51,752 nt of DNA, from assembly GCF_006345805.1 (NCBI RefSeq), contig NW_021833950.1:1-51752 (forward strand). Reading direction: 5' to 3'. The position numbers and the translations under genes were made by a program. Position 1 is the first letter of the stretch, and each line of letters opens with the position of its first letter. Positions 48,816 to 51,752 of the stretch are shown here, one piece after another. Source of the DNA: Octopus sinensis. Taxonomy: Eukaryota. Below the pieces are notes generated by a model. The model was given only the letters and a program-made list of their open reading frames with translations, ran no database searches and had not been told where the DNA came from.

Positions 48816-49068
48816 AAGTCAGGGTACAAAATGCATCTGTTTGCTAGAAAGAATAGTTAAAACTCTTCAAAACCACGTACCTCATACTATATGAAAACGC
48901 ATATGTTCGTGTGTATATATATATGTGTGTGTGTGTACGTACGAATGTATATGCATGTTGAAATGTCTCTGCGTATGTTTCAATGTTTGTAGAGTCTGTA
49001 CAAATGTGTGTGTATATATTTTAGAAGAAAAGCATCAACACACATACATGCCAATATATATATATATA

Positions 49069-49288
49069 TGTAGTGGTCCATCGACAATCGCGGGTGTTAC
49101 GTTCCCAAAAATCCCGCGATAGATCAAAATCCGCGAAGCAAAAACAGTACTGTACTTACTGTATATTTGTCTTTATTAATTTTATAATTTGTATATATTT
49201 ATTTTATCACGAATGCAAAACAACACAACAGAAGAATAAGCTGAATGATACGGCGAATAAGTGAACCGCGATATGGCGAGGGATTACA

Positions 49289-49289
<1 letters not shown>
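49069..49289. mobile_element. Tigger/pogo-type MITE in (TA)n
   Basis: Imperfect TIRs: 5' gtagtggtccatcgacaatcgcgg, 3' ccgcgatatggcgagggattacag; TA flanks. Confidence 0.65.
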
Positions 49290-49330
<41 letters not shown>

Positions 49331-49611
49331 ATATATATATATATATATATTTATGTATATATATATATGTGGTGGTGTGTGTGTGTGTTCAGGAGTATTT
49401 TATGATACTACAGTATAATTAGTAACCGACTCTACTTCATATACAACTACGACCACTACTGCAGCTGCTGCTACTGCTACTACTACTACTACTACTACTA
49501 CTGTTCCTGCTGTTCGTTACCGGCTAAATCCCTCTCAAATCACTCGCTACCATTTCCAGAAAGAAGGAATGTCTACAATAATGAGGATAAAAATAATAAG
49601 CATCTCTATTA

Positions 49612-50479
49612 CAGACACAAGGCCTGATATTTTGAGCCGGGGGCTTGTCAATTACACCGACCCCAGGGCCTCACTGGTGCTTCTTTCATCGACCCTGAGA
49701 AATAAAATGCCACGAAATTTGAACATACATAAAAACGGACGAAATGACGCTAAGCATTTTGTCCGGCGCAGTAAAGACCTTTTAAAAAGTGATAACCTTT
49801 TGTACTAAACTTGGGGGGGAAGGGAGCTTCTCGGTTGCATCGACCCCACTACTCAACTGGTACTGCTTCATCGACCTCGAAAGGACGGAAGGCAAAGTTG
49901 GCCACGGCGGAATTTGAACTCAGAACGTAGTATACACGGATGAAATACCTCTAAGCATTTTGTCCGGCGTGCTAACTATTCTGCCATTTCACCGTCTTTA
50001 ATAATAATAATAATAATAATAATAATGGTTTCATATCTGACCCAAGGGCAGTAATTTGGGGGGAGGAGATAGGTCGATTATATCGACCGCAGTGTTTCAC
50101 TGGTACGTAATTTATCGACCCCGAAAGGATTAAAGGCAAAGTCGACCTTGGTGGAATTTGAACTCAGAACGTAGTGACGGTTGAAGTAACGCTAAGTATT
50201 TCGTTCGGCGCGCTAACGATTCTGCCAGCTCGCCGCCTTAATAATAATAATAACAACAACAACAGTAATAGTTTAAAATTCTGGCACAAGGCCAGTAGTT
50301 TCAAGGATGGGGTCAAAGTCGATTACATAAACCTTAGGGTTCAACTGGTTTCTGTTTTATCGGCCCTGAAAGGATAAAATGCATGTCGACCTCGTCGGAA
50401 TTTGAACTCAGAACGTAAAGTGGGCGAAATGCCGCAAAACATTTTTCCCGGCGTGCAAACGCTTCCGCCAGCGCGCCGC
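49612..50479 (-). mobile_element. Head-to-tail array of four family B variant SINEs separated by (AAT)n
   Basis: Copies at about 49612-49770, 49805-49997, 50026-50238 and 50268-50479. Confidence 0.8.
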
Positions 50480-51040
50480 CAATTAATTACAGATGGGGTG
50501 GTTACGGATAGAAAGCCTTGGATCTCGTTCAGAACCGACCTCGGGTTAAAGAATAACAGTAAGAACTGCTACTGATGCTGATGCTGATGATGCTAGGAAT
50601 TGTGCGGCTGCAGCATCGGTTGATGCTGTTACTATTACTACTAATGCAAACAACAACCGCTGCTACGATGCGCTCGTCTTCCCTTGCTAGAAATAGCAGA
50701 CAAACGACCCTCGAATATCACACAGCCACAGAATGACAAAAAATTAAAACAAACGACAAAAAAATAAAACAAAACATACAAAAAAACAGACCATATAATT
50801 TGATAATAGATACCACTGAAAAATAAAACACGATGGTCACGGTCGGATGTCGTTGTTCTTTGGACGGTTCGATTGTGTTTGGACATGAGGTTCCACAAAA
50901 ACGGCAGCGATAATACTGCTGCTGCTGCTTCTGCCGCCGCTTCTGCTACTGCTGCTGCGGCTACTACTACTACTTCTACTATAGGGCAAGCGTAACCACC
51001 AATAGGAAACCAGCATATGACGTATACGTTATAATTCTAA

Positions 51041-51622
51041 TTATATAAAAATTCTAGCAACAACACCGAAATAGTGTGTAGAAGAGAATATCGCTCGATT
51101 TGGTCTCTCTCTCTGTGTATATAGTGGTTGTTTGTATTTCTGAATGTATGTAGATTCATATATATATATATATATATCTAATATAAACATGCTACTTGTG
51201 TATATAGATTCCACTACTTGTATTGTTATACACATTCTATACAAAATGCAAATATACGCATACAAATATACACACACGCAAAAATTTTTTGATGCATGTA
51301 CAAAGATACACGCATATTATATAAAAATTATATAAAAATTCTAGCGACAACACCGAAATAGTGTGTAGAAGAGAATATCGCTCGATTTGGTCTCTCTGTG
51401 TGTGTATATAGTGGTTGTTTGTATTTCTGAATGTATGTAGATTTATATATATATATATATATATAGATATATATATATATATATATATATCTAATATAAA
51501 CATGCTACTTGTGTATATAGATTCCACTACTTGTATTGTTATACACGTTCTATACAAAATGCAAATATACGCATACAAATATACACACACGCAAACAATT
51601 TTTGATGCATGTACAAAGATAC
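51041..51622. repeat. Tandem duplication of about 285 bp (51041-51317, 51328-51622)
   Basis: Direct; the copies differ mainly in microsatellite length. Confidence 0.95.
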
Positions 51623-51752
51623 ACACCACACACACATATATATGTTTACGTGAGGGTCTATGTGCATCCGCGCGTGTGTGTCTCTATGTTTATATATAAA
51701 TATAAATACACTGTGGGTATATATAAATATGCATACATGCACTGTGTGTATA

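Noticed and set aside
53-51742. Most long ORFs in the supplied track (poly-YI, HT, CV, MYVC, LS, T and similar)
   Set aside because: They are translations of di-, tri- and tetranucleotide repeats that lack stop codons; there is no domain content.

Overview
This is repeat-saturated, AT-rich animal genomic DNA, probably from an octopod cephalopod (inferred from the SINE families, not provable here). No host protein-coding gene can be supported, and almost all ORFs in the supplied track are microsatellite translations. The window contains many microsatellites and minisatellites, four tRNA-derived SINE families, decayed RTE and R4/Dong LINE pieces, a deleted maT-type Tc1/mariner, MITEs and one Penelope-like (PLE) GIY-YIG fragment. 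The main hidden signal is about 12 hammerhead-ribozyme (HHR) motifs from about six unrelated short repeat families. Most have the minimal type I, palindromic-stem-III geometry known from PLE pseudo-LTRs. The best-supported system is a Penelope element whose terminal repeat is a tRNA-derived Pol III head + (AAT)n + HHR + tail. It occurs once directly behind the GIY-YIG ORF (33003-33966, 9-bp TSD) and once as a non-coding inverted pair (8988-9546, 11-bp TSD) with the same end architecture. A 10 x 53-bp array with a perfect CRE palindrome in every unit is the other standout. All alignments and folds were done by eye; element boundaries are approximate unless a TSD is quoted.
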